Shown in pieces: positions 40,737 to 53,545 of a stretch of 64,000 nt of DNA. How positions within the stretch are numbered: the stretch's first letter is position 1; the number at the start of each line of letters is the position of its first letter. The DNA is from Octopus sinensis (Eukaryota). The DNA is taken from the NCBI RefSeq assembly GCF_006345805.1, contig NC_043001.1, positions 32,550,001 through 32,614,000 of the forward strand. The letters run 5' to 3'. The position numbers were made by a program, and so were the translations under genes. The notes below the pieces were generated by a model. It had not been told where the DNA came from. It did no database searches and was given only the letters and a program-made list of their open reading frames with translations.

Positions 40737-40903
40737 AGCGTTGGAGTGGCTGTGTGGTAAGTAGCTTGCTTACGAACCACATGGTTCTGGGTTCAGTCCC
40801 ACTACGTGGCACCTTGGGCAAGTGTCTTCTACTATAGCCTCGGGCCGACCAAAGCCTTGTGAGTGGATTTGGTAGATGGAAACTGAAAGAAGCCCGTCGT
40901 ATT

Positions 40904-40934
<31 letters not shown>

Positions 40935-41146
40935 ATGTGTTTGTGTGTCTGTGTTTGTCCTCCCAACATCGCTTGACAACCGATGCTGGTGTGTTTATGT
41001 CCCCGTTACTTAGCAGTTCGGCAAAAGAGACCGATAGAATAAGTACTGGGCTTACAAAAGAATAAGACCCGGGGTCGAGTTGCTCGATTAAAGCCGGTGC
41101 TCCAGCATGGCCGCAGTCAAGTGACTGAAACAAGTAAAAGAGTAAA
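40737..41146 (+). mobile_element. SINE family A
   Basis: Full-length copy. Confidence 0.9.
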
Positions 41147-41209
41147 GAGAGAGAGAGTATACTCGAAAAGTCAGTTTTATTTATTGTGTTTGTTCTATGT
41201 TACCCATAA

Positions 41210-41243
<34 letters not shown>

Positions 41244-41814
41244 GAATGTATATGTGTGTGTGTGTACATATACATGCGTATTATACACGCGCAGAGCCAC
41301 ACCAATTTACACACACTTATTACATGCGTATAATATCCATACGTGATACTGCTGTGTGGCAATCACGTGCAGATCGATTTACGATTTTTTTTTCTTCCCT
41401 CATATAGGTTCTATAGTACAAGTGACAATAATCGATTACGTGTCCATATACACACAGATACACACACATACACACACATATATACTCCTATATAGACTCC
41501 TTCACACAATATCCATACATACACACACACACTCACAAACCAGACAGTTGTATATATTTGTGTATGTAATGCATATGTTGCGCACAGATGCATCATGTTT
41601 GAGTATGTTGCTATGTTGGTATATATATGTATGTGTATATAATATGTATTCCATGCACTTCGTAATATATACACATATAATGTGACACGTTCATTACTTC
41701 TATAGGTTAATATTTGAGTACTCACATACGCACATACACACGCGCGCACGGGCGCGCACATACATACATACATGCATAGGCAGAGATACTGTTTATCTCA
41801 TGGATTGACGTTTG

Positions 41815-41904
<90 letters not shown>

Positions 41905-41953
41905 CAACAACAACAACAATAATAATAATAACAACAACAACAACAACAACAAC

Positions 41954-42020
<67 letters not shown>

Positions 42021-42023
<3 letters not shown>

Positions 42024-42560
42024 GCCCTGATGCAGTACCAGGCAGTGGCTCTCATGGCTTCTGATCTTAACTGATTGGAAGTGTTATCATGTACATTGTT
42101 TTGTCTTGGTATAAAAGATGGGCTACAGCAAATATTCTGCTCAATACCACAGATTTGCTTGTCTGTTGTTTGACCTTAACCAGTTGAGCATGTCCCTTAG
42201 TGGCTGACGATGTGTGCATCTCTGATCACGAGCAGAAGTAGTGGGGGAGCATCATAGCCATGTGTTGAGAGGGATTCTTTGGGGTTTGAATAATTCACCT
42301 CTGGAAACATGTGTGGTTCTTTCAACATCCTTAAACAACCCTTATTCAGGGACCTTTTGAGCAGGATGGGTTACTCGACCAGAAGAAAATTCTAACTGGG
42401 CCCCACCAACAAGGTCATGTGCTGTTTATCTTGATATGAGATCATATCATCATGTCGCGCACATGTACCCTTATCAGACGGGTAGTCATGATGGGTATAC
42501 TGGGCTTCGTATATTTTACCCCAGTGTCACTTTGATGGCATGCATTGCTCTCTCACTCAA
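42021..42560 (+). mobile_element. (AAT)n-flanked retroelement 3' region (probable R4/Dong 3' UTR or its dependent)
   Basis: Unique 540 bp between two (AAT)n tracts, ending GCTCTCTCACTC-AATAAT; a shorter co-terminal copy lies at 19208. Confidence 0.65.
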
Positions 42561-42565
42561 TAATA

Positions 42566-42611
<46 letters not shown>

Positions 42612-42621
42612 TAATATTTAG

Positions 42622-42900
42622 TGTGGGGGACAAACGGATTAAGTCGATTATATCGACACCAGTGCGTAACTGGTACTTATTCAATCGACCCCGAAAGGAT
42701 GAAAGGCAAAGTCGACCTCGGCGGAATTTGAACTCAGAACGTAACGGCAGACGAAATACGGCTACGCATTTCGCCCGGCGTGCTTAACGTTTCTGCCAGC
42801 TCGCCTGAGGTCGGCTTTGCCTTTTATCCTTTAGGAGTCGATAAATTAAGTACCTGGGAAACACTGGGGGTCGATTTAGTCGACTGTTCTCCTCCCACCA
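42622..42900. mobile_element. SINE family B pieces: a minus copy (42622-42803) followed by a plus fragment
   Basis: The central domain is present in both orientations. Confidence 0.8.
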
Positions 42901-42920
42901 ATTTTCAGTCCTGACATATT

Positions 42921-43776
42921 TACTGACATATTTCAGTAATTGACCAGTTAACGATATTGAAACTGTAAGTCACGACTGGTATGACTAATGCATTGATCGC
43001 TTCGATCCTGTTTCTTGCATTCTGCTCTGTCTTGAGTATTGCTCTCACTCTTCGATAACATTCTCTCCTGATCCTTTCCTTCATCTCTGAATGCCTTATT
43101 CCGTCCCCTTCAATTACCCCTAGGTACTTGTAGCTCTCCGCTGGGTCTAGTTCTTTATGACATTCTGCTGGTCAATGTTAACGTTAGATGTTTCTGTCAT
43201 TTTTCCTTTGATAAAGGTAGCTTTGGCACATTTATCGAGGCCAAACTGCATTCTGATGTCGTCACTGAATTGTTTGACTATCGCTAGTAAGCCCTTGAGT
43301 TGTTGGTCATTTTTCGCAAAAAGCTTTAAATCATCCATGTAAATGAGATGATTTATATTTTTATCAAACATTTTATACCCGTACTGCGCGTCTTTGAGCA
43401 GTTTTGAGAGAGGTATTAAGGTTAAACAAAAGAGGAGTGGTGACAGTGAGTCACCCTGGAAAATGCCACTTGAAGCTTTTACATCACCAGCATTTAGGGA
43501 TTCATTGTCACTGTTCAAAGTTAGTGTGGTTCTCCATGATCTCATACTTACAGTCAAAAAGTTTCGCAGAGTAGGTGCTATCTTATACATTTCTAGGCAT
43601 TTCTTAATCCAGCTGTGGTAGGCTATCAAAAGCCTTTTTATAGTCTATCCAGGCTATTGATAAGTTTTTGTGTCGTTTGTGACAATCTTCTAAGATCATC
43701 TTATTGATGAGTAGTTGTTCTTTACAACCGTAGGATCCACGTTTACATCCTTTCTGGTCATTAGGGAATATGCTGT
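42921..43776 (-). pseudogene. R4/Dong-clade non-LTR reverse-transcriptase fragment
   Basis: QKGCKRGSYGCKEQLLI, WIDYKKAFDS, GIFQGDSLSPLLFC, HLIYMDDLKLFA, FGLDKCA, SYKYLG, AINALVIPVVTYSF; frameshifted; 5' end abuts (AAT)n. Confidence 0.9.
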
Positions 43777-43785
43777 TTATTATTA

Positions 43786-43819
<34 letters not shown>

Positions 43820-43856
43820 CATTATTATTATTATTATTATTATGGTTATTATCATC

Positions 43857-43922
<66 letters not shown>

Positions 43923-43953
43923 ATTATTATTATTATTATTATCATTATTATTA

Positions 43954-44007
<54 letters not shown>

Positions 44008-44024
44008 TATTATTGTTGTTATCC

Positions 44025-44360
44025 CTAACGGGATTTCTTTCGTCTTTACGTCCTGAGTTCAATTTCCGCCGAGGTCGACTTTGCCTTTCATCATTTCGGG
44101 GTCGATAAATTAAGTACCAGTGAAACACCAGGGACACAATGATGTAATCGACTAGTCGCCTCCCGCCAACTTTCATGCTTTGTGTCTATTGTAGAAAGGA
44201 TTATTATTATTATCCCAATTAAGGCGGCCAGCTTGCTGAATCGTTAGCTCGCCGATCAAAATGCTTAGCGGCATTTCGTCCATCATAATATTCTGAATTC
44301 AAATGCCACCGAGGTTGACTTTATCTTTCATCATTTCGTGGCTCGATAAAATAAATAAGA
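44025..44360 (+). mobile_element. Two degenerate SINE family B copies
   Basis: Central domain at about 44067 and about 44310. Confidence 0.75.
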
Positions 44361-44531
44361 GTTGAATCCGCTTACTGATTTGATCGATCCGTCCTCACTC
44401 CTGCCCTTTCGCCAAAATGTGTAACCATCATTATTATCCCACTCTACGCGCTGAGACATGTCTTTCCCCACCAGATGAGGGATAACTTTCTTGTTCTCCA
44501 TAAAAGCAATTTCAATACATACATATAGGTT

Positions 44532-44720
44532 CATTATTTACATTATTTACATTATTTACATTTGACGGATATTTGTCCTCATCTTGTTTGTTATTAACAC
44601 AATGTTTCGGCTGATATAGCCTCCAGCCTTCATCAGCTGTCTTGGGGAAATTTCAAACCTGGATTCTCATTCCTAAGGTATTTTTCGATGTTGTTGTTGT
44701 TGTTGTTATCATTATTATTA

Positions 44721-44778
<58 letters not shown>

Positions 44779-44964
44779 CATCATCATCATCATCATCATT
44801 ATTATTATTTTTATTATTGTCATTATAATTATTATTAATATTATTATTATTATCATTATTATTCAAGTCACTGCCTGGAATCGAACTCGGGCATATGGCG
44901 TAGTGATTAAGAACGCAGGCTACTAACCCCAAGATTCCAAGTTCGATTCCAAGCAGTGACCTGA

Positions 44965-45024
<60 letters not shown>

Positions 45025-45168
45025 GAAGAAGAAGAAAAGAAGAAGAAGAAGAAGAAGAAGAAGAAGAATATCAACAACAACAACATCATCATCGAAAAAT
45101 ACCTTAGGAATGAGAACCCAGGTTCGAAATTTCCCCAAGACACCTGATGAAGGCTGGAGGGTATATCA
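44532..45168 (+). mobile_element. tRNA-headed, HHR-tailed element (family D) with an inverted 5'-truncated copy
   Basis: Minus copy 44532-44888 (HHR 44596-44641) is joined head-to-head to the plus copy starting at 44889 (A/B boxes, (AAT)n, CTGATGA at 45144); it is cut off by Tc1 at about 45168. Confidence 0.85.
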
Positions 45169-46237
45169 AAATTCATTAAAATGACAGATCTATCGGACTT
45201 ACAAAGAGGTCAAACTTTTGGTGTTCGTATGGCAGGCGCTAGCGCAACGAAAAACAGTCGAAATGTTTGGTGTATCAAGAACTACTGTCTCGAAAGTAAT
45301 TACAGCCTTTGAGAAAGAGGGAAAAGCTTTCTCGTTAAAACAAAACTCCGAAAGAAAAAGAAAAACTTTCAGATAGGGAGCATCGGACTCTTACGCGAAT
45401 TGTTGGAAAGGATCACAAAAGTACAGCTCCCAAAATTACTGCAGAGTTCATGACCAGCTCGAGAACCCAGCTTCCACAAAAACTGTTCGCTTGGTGCAGC
45501 ACAAAGCCGGATTTCACGAGAGGGCTGCAATCAGAAAACCATTACTTTCAAAAACAAAAGTTTCAATGCGTTTAAAGTGGAGTAAAAACCTATAGAATTG
45601 ATCCCTAGAGCTGTGGAAGAGTGTTTTCTCGGACGTGTCATCCTTTACCTTATTTCTGACTACCGGCCAAGTATACATGTGGAGACAGCCAAAAGTAGCA
45701 TTTTGGTTACTGTTAAACATGGAGGAGGATCTGTGAGGATCGGGGGTGGGGGCTATATCTTGAAAATCCGCTGGCTCAATGGTTTCCCTTCATAACAGAA
45801 TTGATAGTCAAGACTATTTAAGCATTTTATCTGATCAAATTCATCCAGTGTTTGAAGAACTGCTTCTGGTGGGAAACACAATCTTTCAGGATGATAATGC
45901 ACCAATTCACACAGCGAAAGTTGTTACTGAATGGCACGAGGAACATTCTAGTGAAGTTGAACATCTTATCAAGCCACCACAGTCTCCAGATCTCAATATT
46001 ATTGAACATTTATGGTGCATTTTAGCAAAACAAATGAGTCGATATTTTCCACTACAAGAACTGGAGACTGTTTTGATGAAGAATGGACAAAAATTCCTTT
46101 GGAAACAATTCAAACTTTGTACGAGTGCATACCTCGTAGAATTCAAGCTGTAATTACTGCCAAAAGCGGTCCTACCCCACATTAAAATAAATTTGTTTGA
46201 AATTTTAAGGTGTTTCCTTTATTTTATCCAAGTCCTG
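45169..46237 (+). mobile_element. Tc1 transposon with a frameshifted transposase; 5' TIR missing
   Basis: ATG 45181 MTDLSDLQRGQ...; VKHGGGSV, IFQDDNAPIH, PPQSPDLNIIEHLW; 3' TIR GGTGTTTCC...AGTCCTG followed by TA. Confidence 0.92.
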
Positions 46238-46259
46238 TATATATATATATGTATATATC

Positions 46260-46494
46260 GTGACTCTTCCACTTTTTCCTCGTCCTCTTTTACCTTTCTT
46301 CTTCTACTTCCATTTTTCCACTTTTCCTCTGTCTTCCCTTCTCTGGATCTTTTCTTCTCCTATGTTTCCGACGAAGAGCTCCGCTCGAAACGTTAAACCC
46401 TCCTTCTTTCCTTCTTTCCTGAGCGTCCAATAATACTATATTTGTTCCACGTCCTCGCGTTGGTGTGTTTTTTTGCGCTTTCCTGTTTGGATTA

Positions 46495-46498
<4 letters not shown>
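46260..46498 (+). mobile_element. PLE pseudo-LTR-like fragment with a minimal HHR variant (46364-46398)
   Basis: GTTT-CCGACGA-A-GAGC-TCC-GCTC-GAAAC-GTT-AAAC; ends GGATTAACT at (TA)n. Confidence 0.75.
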
Positions 46499-46525
<27 letters not shown>

Positions 46526-47032
46526 GCATGTCTGTGTGCGTATAAATATAACCCTAATGACAAATCCAGCTGGTGACGAATCTACCTGTATATAGCTTGT
46601 GTAATTAAGCAGCCAATTAGTGAAAGGAATAAGTTTGACTAAATTTATACACCCTGTGTACGGTGACAGGTATTCGCATTTACAGGTGCATACACACGCA
46701 CGCGCACACACACACACAGAGATACGTACACGCACACAAACACATGTCGATGACAATTTACAATTTTTCACTCTTATATGCACATGCTTTCACATCTATA
46801 TATTCATATAAGTGTGTGTATGCATGTGCGTATATTTAGAAAAAATACTTGTATGTTTCTATGTGAGAGGGGGCATGTGTGTGGACTAGGTTACGATCTC
46901 TCTATGATATCTGTGTATGTTTCCATGCATATACACACATATATATACCCTAATGCATGCATGTGTATATATATAAACACACAATCATACGCACACACAG
47001 GTGTGCCTATATATATATGAACTATATATATG

Positions 47033-47085
<53 letters not shown>

Positions 47086-47088
47086 GTG

Positions 47089-47455
47089 CTCACCAACCAC
47101 ATGGTTCTGGGTTCAGTCCCACTGCGTGGCACCTTAGGCAACTGTCTTCAACTATAGCCTCAGGCCGACCAAAGCCTTGTGAGAGTGGATTTGGTAGACG
47201 GAAACTGAAAGAAGCCCATCGTATATATGAATATATATATATATATATGTATGTTTGTCTGTGTTTGTCCCCCCCCAACATCGCTTGACAACCGATGGTG
47301 GTGTGTTTACGTCCCCGTCACTGAGCGGTTCGGCAAGAGAGACCGATAAAATAAAGTACTAGGCTTACAAAGAATAATTCCTGGGGTCGATTTGCTCGAC
47401 TAAAGGCGGTGCTCCAGCATGGCCGCAGTCAAATGACTGAAACAAATAAAGGAAA
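47089..47455 (+). mobile_element. SINE family A, 5'-truncated
   Basis: Starts within the tRNA head after (TG)n. Confidence 0.88.
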
Positions 47456-47533
47456 AGAAAGAAAAAAATACGAGTGAGTGGACAAGCGAAAGAAGGGCAC
47501 TCAACAAATTTATTGGGAGTTATATGTATAGAT

Positions 47534-47886
47534 CAGGGGTTCTCCACCAGGGCCCACATGGCTCAAGATGGTCCATATAAGGTTTTTAGGGGTTCATACA
47601 ACAAAACAGTAAATAGGATATCCAGAATAGTATTTGAAGGGTCCCTGAAGACATTTTGCTTTAGGTGTATATATTGGTATGTATTGCAAGACACAGCTAG
47701 GTTTCTTTCTCTAGCATATACGTAGTTCAAAATATAGAGGTTAATGTGGGAAAAACAAAATTGGAAATTTGAAAGAAGTTTCTATGAAACTGGTTTTTAA
47801 CCATTTGATGGCTATGGGGGTCCACCTGAATCAAATAGTAATCCAAGGTGTCCATTGATAAAAAAAAATGTGGTTGAGAAGCCCTG
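47534..47886. mobile_element. hAT MITE
   Basis: TIRs CAGGGGTTCTCCACCA / TGGTTGAGAAGCCCTG; degenerate TSD GTATAGAT / GTGTGGAT. Confidence 0.75.
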
Positions 47887-47953
47887 GTGTGGATCAAACT
47901 GTTTTGATCCATCCATCCATCCATCTATTCATACATACATACACACACACACG

Positions 47954-48026
<73 letters not shown>

Positions 48027-48161
48027 GTATATATATATGCATGTATATGTGTGTGTATATATATATATGCATATGTATACATACATTCATACATATATAT
48101 ATACATATAAATATGAATATATTTATATACTGTATATATATATATATATATATATATACAG

Positions 48162-48196
<35 letters not shown>

Positions 48197-48303
48197 ATAT
48201 ATATATATTTACATAATATATGCATGTAATGTGTGTGTATATATATATATATATGTACATATAGATACATATTTATATATATACATACATAAATATATAT
48301 ATA

Positions 48304-48515
48304 GTTAATCCAAACATAAAAACATAAAAAATACAAAAAAACACAACAACGCGAGGAGGTGGAACAAATAAAGTATTATTGAACGCTCAGGAAAGAAGGA
48401 AAGAAGGAGGGTTTAACGTTTCGAGCAGAGCTCCTCGTCGGAAACATAGGAGAAGGAAAGGTCCCGAGAAGGGAAGACAGAGGGAAAAAATCGCCAGCGG
48501 TACTCATAAGGTCAC
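48304..48515 (-). mobile_element. PLE pseudo-LTR-like fragment with a minimal HHR variant (48411-48445)
   Basis: Minus strand GTTT-CCGACGA-G-GAGC-TCT-GCTC-GAAAC-GTT-AAAC; same family as 46260-46498; embedded in (TA)n. Confidence 0.75.
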
Positions 48516-48999
48516 ACATATATATATATAATATATATATATATATATGTTTGTTTTTGTGTATATGTTCGTGCGCACACGCACATAGACAACTAGCTAA
48601 ACATGTACATTTGTATATGCCTTATCTGAATAAAGGATTTGATAATAACGGTAATATAGTAAAATATTGATAGTTTTTTTTTTATTATTGACAGTGATTT
48701 CGAAGTTCTTTCGAATGTATCGGCTTATTCAAAAATGTTCACAACTGAGCGCGCGTGCGTGCGTGCGTGCGTGCGTGTGTGTGCATTTGTGCAGTTGTGT
48801 ACATACAACTGCACACACACGCGTACTCGTAAAGTTCGCTAACACAAACACAAATTATTTTTACAGTCAGGCAGAAGGCATGCAATGAACGGGAACTGAA
48901 CTAAATTCACCTAAGAAGCAGTTTACTTTCTGTTCAATTCATTCTAAACCCTTTCTGAATTGGCAGGGCACAGTCTTGTTGTTGTACCACTGCTGCTAT

Positions 49000-50512
49000 G
49001 AATGGATGAATGAATGAATGAATGAATGAACGAATGAAGGAATGAATGAATGAGATTCGGAATGAATGAATGAGATTCGGAATGAGATTGTGAATGAACT
49101 TTCGTAGAATAGAGAGACAGTTTTAGTGGAGTAGTCAAGAGGGCGAGACAGAAATAGAGGATGAAGGGGTAAGCAGAGAGAGAGAGGGGGGATTGAGAGG
49201 GAGGGGAGTGAGGGAAAGAGGGAGAGGAAGGCGGAGTGTCTGCGTGTGTGTGTGTGTGTGTTTGTGTGTGTGACAGAGATAGTGTGTGTGTATGTGTGTG
49301 TGTGAAAGAGAGAAAGACAATGTCATAGACTGAGATATAAGGTAAAATTGTGGAGATAGTGTGAGAGAGGAAGAAAATGTAAGAGACAGAGAAAGAGAAA
49401 ATATTTGTGTGTGTGTGTGTGTGTGTGTATGTGTGTGTGCGTGTCTGTGTGTGAGAGAAAGAGAGATGGGGAGTGTGGGTATGAGAAAGAAAGAGAGAGA
49501 GAGGGAGTGTAGGTAAGAGGGAGAGAGGGAACGTAGGTATAAGAGTGAGATAAAAGAGTGTGGGTATGATAGAGAGAGGGGGGAGAGGAAGTAGAGGGGT
49601 AAGAGAAGAGAGATAAAAGAGTGTGGGTATGATAGAGAGAGAGGGGGAGAGGAATGAGTGTGGGTAAGAGAGAGAGAGACAGAGAGACAGAGACGAAGGC
49701 AGTGGGGGAAGAGATGGGCTGAGAGCGACAAAGAATGAAAGAAACAAAGACAGAAACTAAGAGAGAGAGAGAGAGAGAGAGAGGAAGAGGAAGAGAGTGT
49801 AAGAAAGTCAGAGATAGTGGAGAAAGTAGTGTGTGTGTGTGTGTGTGGTGGTTGGTGGCGGGGAAGATTGGCAAAAATATTTGAATGAAACATTGTTTCT
49901 CACTGAGGTGTACCCTAGATTCTGCAAAGCAAGATTGCAAGGGATTGGTTAGATCTGTTACAGTGGTTGTTGCTGGTGGTGGTGGTGGTAGTGGTGATGG
50001 TAGTGGTGATAGTGGTAATAATGGTGGTGGTGCCGGTGCTGCTGGTGATACTACTACTGCTGCTCTACTGCAGCTGCTACTTCTTGCCGGAGTTCCCATT
50101 CTGTTACATGCAAATATCTCCCCGCCCCCGACTTCCCTCCACTCCACTACACCTTCTGCATCTGTTGTTGCCCGTTTATTGTTGTTGTGTTGTTTTTGTT
50201 TTTGTCTTTTTGATCTTGGTGGTGGTGGTGGTGGTAGTAGTGGTGGTGGTGGTGGTGGTGGTAGTGGTGCTGTTGCAGTTTCTGGTGGTGGCTGTGTAGG
50301 TATTTGCATATGCTGATGCATGTGTACAGGAGGAGGAGGAGGAGCTGGAGGAGCTGGAGGAGGAGGAGGCAGTGAAATAGTAGTAGTAGTAACAGCAGTT
50401 GTTGTTGTAGTGGCTGCAACAGCAGCAGCAGTAGTAGTAGCAGTAGTTGTTGTTGTTATTGCAGTAGTGGCAGTAGTAGCAGTAGTAGTAATGGTTGTAT
50501 TAGTGATGGTGT

Positions 50513-50561
<49 letters not shown>

Positions 50562-50633
50562 AGTGGTGGTGGTGTGGGGTGATAGTAGTAGTAGTAGTGG
50601 TGGTAGTGGTGGTGGTGTGGGGTGATAGTAGTG

Positions 50634-50665
<32 letters not shown>

Positions 50666-50791
50666 CTTTAATTGATTTCCTATATGCAGGCACAAGGTCA
50701 ACTTCCCTTTTCCCTGGGTATTGAATCAAGCACTGGAGTCGAGCCAATGATGGAGGCCTTCTCTCTCTGTCTCTCACTCTCTCTCTCCTTC

Positions 50792-50830
<39 letters not shown>
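49000..50830. repeat. Low-complexity domain ((GAAT)n, (GA)n, (TG)n, (TGG)n, (TAG)n)
   Basis: Directly visible; explains the 530-aa low-complexity ORF. Confidence 0.9.
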
Positions 50831-50833
<3 letters not shown>

Positions 50834-52931
50834 ACAAGCTAGAAATAACAGTCACGTTTCCATCAAAACATACAATACACCTCTTAAAACATGAAGAATG
50901 CTGTGTGCAAGGCAATCCTTAATGGGATGTACCCTTCAAATCTATTTCAACGTATGAGCACCTAGGTGTTCAAGCAACTGGACAACACCTGCAATGAATA
51001 AGCTTGTAAACTGGCAGTGTATTCCGCATGCATGTGCATCCTTGGATTAAATTCTAAATCAGAATTAGCGTTATAACAGAGTGAGAAAGGCGGAGAGCTT
51101 TGACGAACAGATTCAATCTATGTGACCGGCTTCTATACCGTTCCGTGAACCAAAATTCACCCACAAAGCTTGGGTCGATCAAGGTTACCTTCAATGCATT
51201 TTCTTGAGATACTACGCAGAGGAATTGAACCCTGGACATCATTGCTTTGAAGCGAACTTAACCATTCTACTATAAGTGCTTCTTTAGTTTATTTATTTAT
51301 TTGCTTTTGGGTGGGTGGGGGGCATGGTTTTGCTTTTTTGCATTGTCCTAGATAGATATATATATTAAAAAAAAGGCAGAATGGCCAAAGCTGGAGGTGT
51401 TTTGGGTCATAGGTCTTTGTATAATCATGGCTCACCCGAAGCTAATTAACAACAAAACTTCATACGAACTACGACCCAACTGAAGGAACTCTACATAGTT
51501 GCTCAACCTACCAGAACTAATAACCGATTTGCCTTCAAATCACACCTTACTATTTTATATAAAAAAAACACTGTAAACAAAATAGTTCATAACATACAAA
51601 AAGATGGAATAGTCATTGCTGGAACACATTTTATCCAAAGTTTTGAGTAGTTACGCTGATCTGGGTTAAACAACAAAAACAACTGGTCCTTAAATTTGTA
51701 GATTATCAACCATGGACGGAAGGAAGAGAAGATCAAATCGATTCTGATGAGATACATATAGCGGCTATTAAAAGGATGTCAGGCATAGATATGCGTGCGC
51801 AGGGAAACCGTTACTGCTTTAGCTGAACTGGAAATTCACCGAGAGCACAGTTTTTTTTACTATATATGTGAGGTACAGATATGTGTGTGTGTATGTATTT
51901 GTGTGTGTATAAATGGGATGATTAATACACCACAGTGTCAACCAGACTATGGAATGTTGTCATACACCGCTGATCACAATGCACTTCGTCGCTTTGTTTT
52001 AGCTTAGCTTTTGAATGATGACAACCCGCTGGTTAAGCGGCCAAGCCAACATTCACTCCGAACAGAACGCCAATCCGTCACAGGGTTACCCATTTAGTGA
52101 CATGAAGTGTTAATGCTCTAGATCACAAGGCATGACCGGTAATGAAATCGAAACCATGATTTTGAAATCGTGAGTGCAACGCCATAGTCCTAGGTTACGT
52201 GCCTTCACGTCTAATACATATAGCTATGAAAATAGCCTTCAGAATTTAATGAGATTCGTGATACTTGACAATGGAATGTTTTTGTAACATTAACACTGAA
52301 GTGGATACGAATCTTGATGAATGAATTTAAATATTGATTTCTCTTTTTGTTTGCTTTATTTATTTATTTTTTTCAGGAAAAGAGAAATTTGGTCAACCAC
52401 GGCCATTATAGAAATCACTGCCCAAGTTTCCCCACAACAGGATCTAACATGGAGTCACAACGTTGCTACGCGACCTTGTTAATATGACAGTCGTGCTCGC
52501 GCCCACGTATTGGTTTCCAAGAACACGGGTCCAATTTTCCAAGAAATTACTGTTGTTAAATTAAATTGGTACCTGTTCTGAATTCAAGTTCCGCTGAGGT
52601 CGTCTTTGTCTTTCATTCTTTCGGGATCAATATAATAAGCACCAGTTGAGCACTGGGGTTGACGTAATGGACTTAACCTTTGCCCCAAATTACAGACCTC
52701 GTCCAAAATTTGAAATCAATCGATTAAACTGACACCTAGAATATTAAGATTCTTTCTTTATTTTTATTTTTCAGCTTGTGGGGAGTTAAGTGGAGTTCAC
52801 TTTCTGTGGATAATGACATAAACGTTGTTTACACTCTCCATTCGTAATATCAGTTTTATAAATTTGGATGGACCTTAAATATTAAAGATAATGGGTGTTT
52901 CGTTTACTATTCTTTACTAAATTTCTTATAT

Positions 52932-53122
52932 ATCACTTCTCAGCCTTCTGGCTAAGATCAAAGTGTAGTATCTGTTCTTATCAGCTTAATATCTGATACG
53001 ATCCCTATTTGGGGCCATCGATATTAAACAGATTTTTAGAGCGAGGCGAAGAGTTAGGGGCTTGCTCCGCCCTTACCACGGGTTGGCCTGGTATAGCAGT
53101 ATTTCCAGGATTCAGCCCATCT
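52932..53122 (+). ncRNA. U2: U2 snRNA, full-length copy with substitutions (variant or pseudogene)
   Basis: ATCACTTCTCAGCCTTCTGGCTAAGATCAAAGTGTAGTATCTGTTCTTATCAGCTTAATATCTGATA...; branch-site-pairing GTAGTA intact; Sm-like ATTTTTAG; 3' stem-loop CCTGG-TATAGCAGTATTT-CCAGG. Confidence 0.95.
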
Positions 53123-53129
53123 TCCTATA

Positions 53130-53302
53130 GGCGCAAGAGTGACAGTGTGGTAAGTAGCTTGCTTACGAACTACATGGTTCCGGGTTCAGTCCCACTGCGT
53201 GGCACTTTGGGCAAGTGTTTTCTACTATAGCCTCAGGCCAACCAAAGCCATGTGAGTGAATTTGGTAGATGGAAACTGAAAGAAGCCCGTCGTATATATA
53301 TA

Positions 53303-53341
<39 letters not shown>

Positions 53342-53545
53342 TGTGTGTGTGTGTCTGTGTCTGTGTTTGTCCCATCCACATAGCTTGACAACCGATACTG
53401 GTGTGTTTACGTCCCCGTAACTTAGCAGTTCGGCAAAAGAGAACGATAGAATAAGTACCAGGCTTGCAAAGAATAAGTCCTGGGGTCGATGTGCTCGACA
53501 ACAGCATAGCCACAGTCAAATGACTGAAACAAGTAAAAGAGTAAA
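53130..53545 (+). mobile_element. SINE family A directly downstream of U2
   Basis: Head GGCGCAAGAGTG begins 7 nt after the end of U2. Confidence 0.9.

Noticed and set aside
44889-44962. Functional tRNA gene (also the heads at 24446, 61012 and 62930)
   Set aside because: A and B boxes are present, but there is no proper acceptor stem and each continues into a SINE body.
49323-50915. 530-aa minus-strand ORF (also the long ORFs at 29613-31181, 13685-14965 and 11878-12738)
   Set aside because: Made of translated microsatellites (poly-T/P/Y/L/H); no domain, and the stop-free frames follow from repeat composition.
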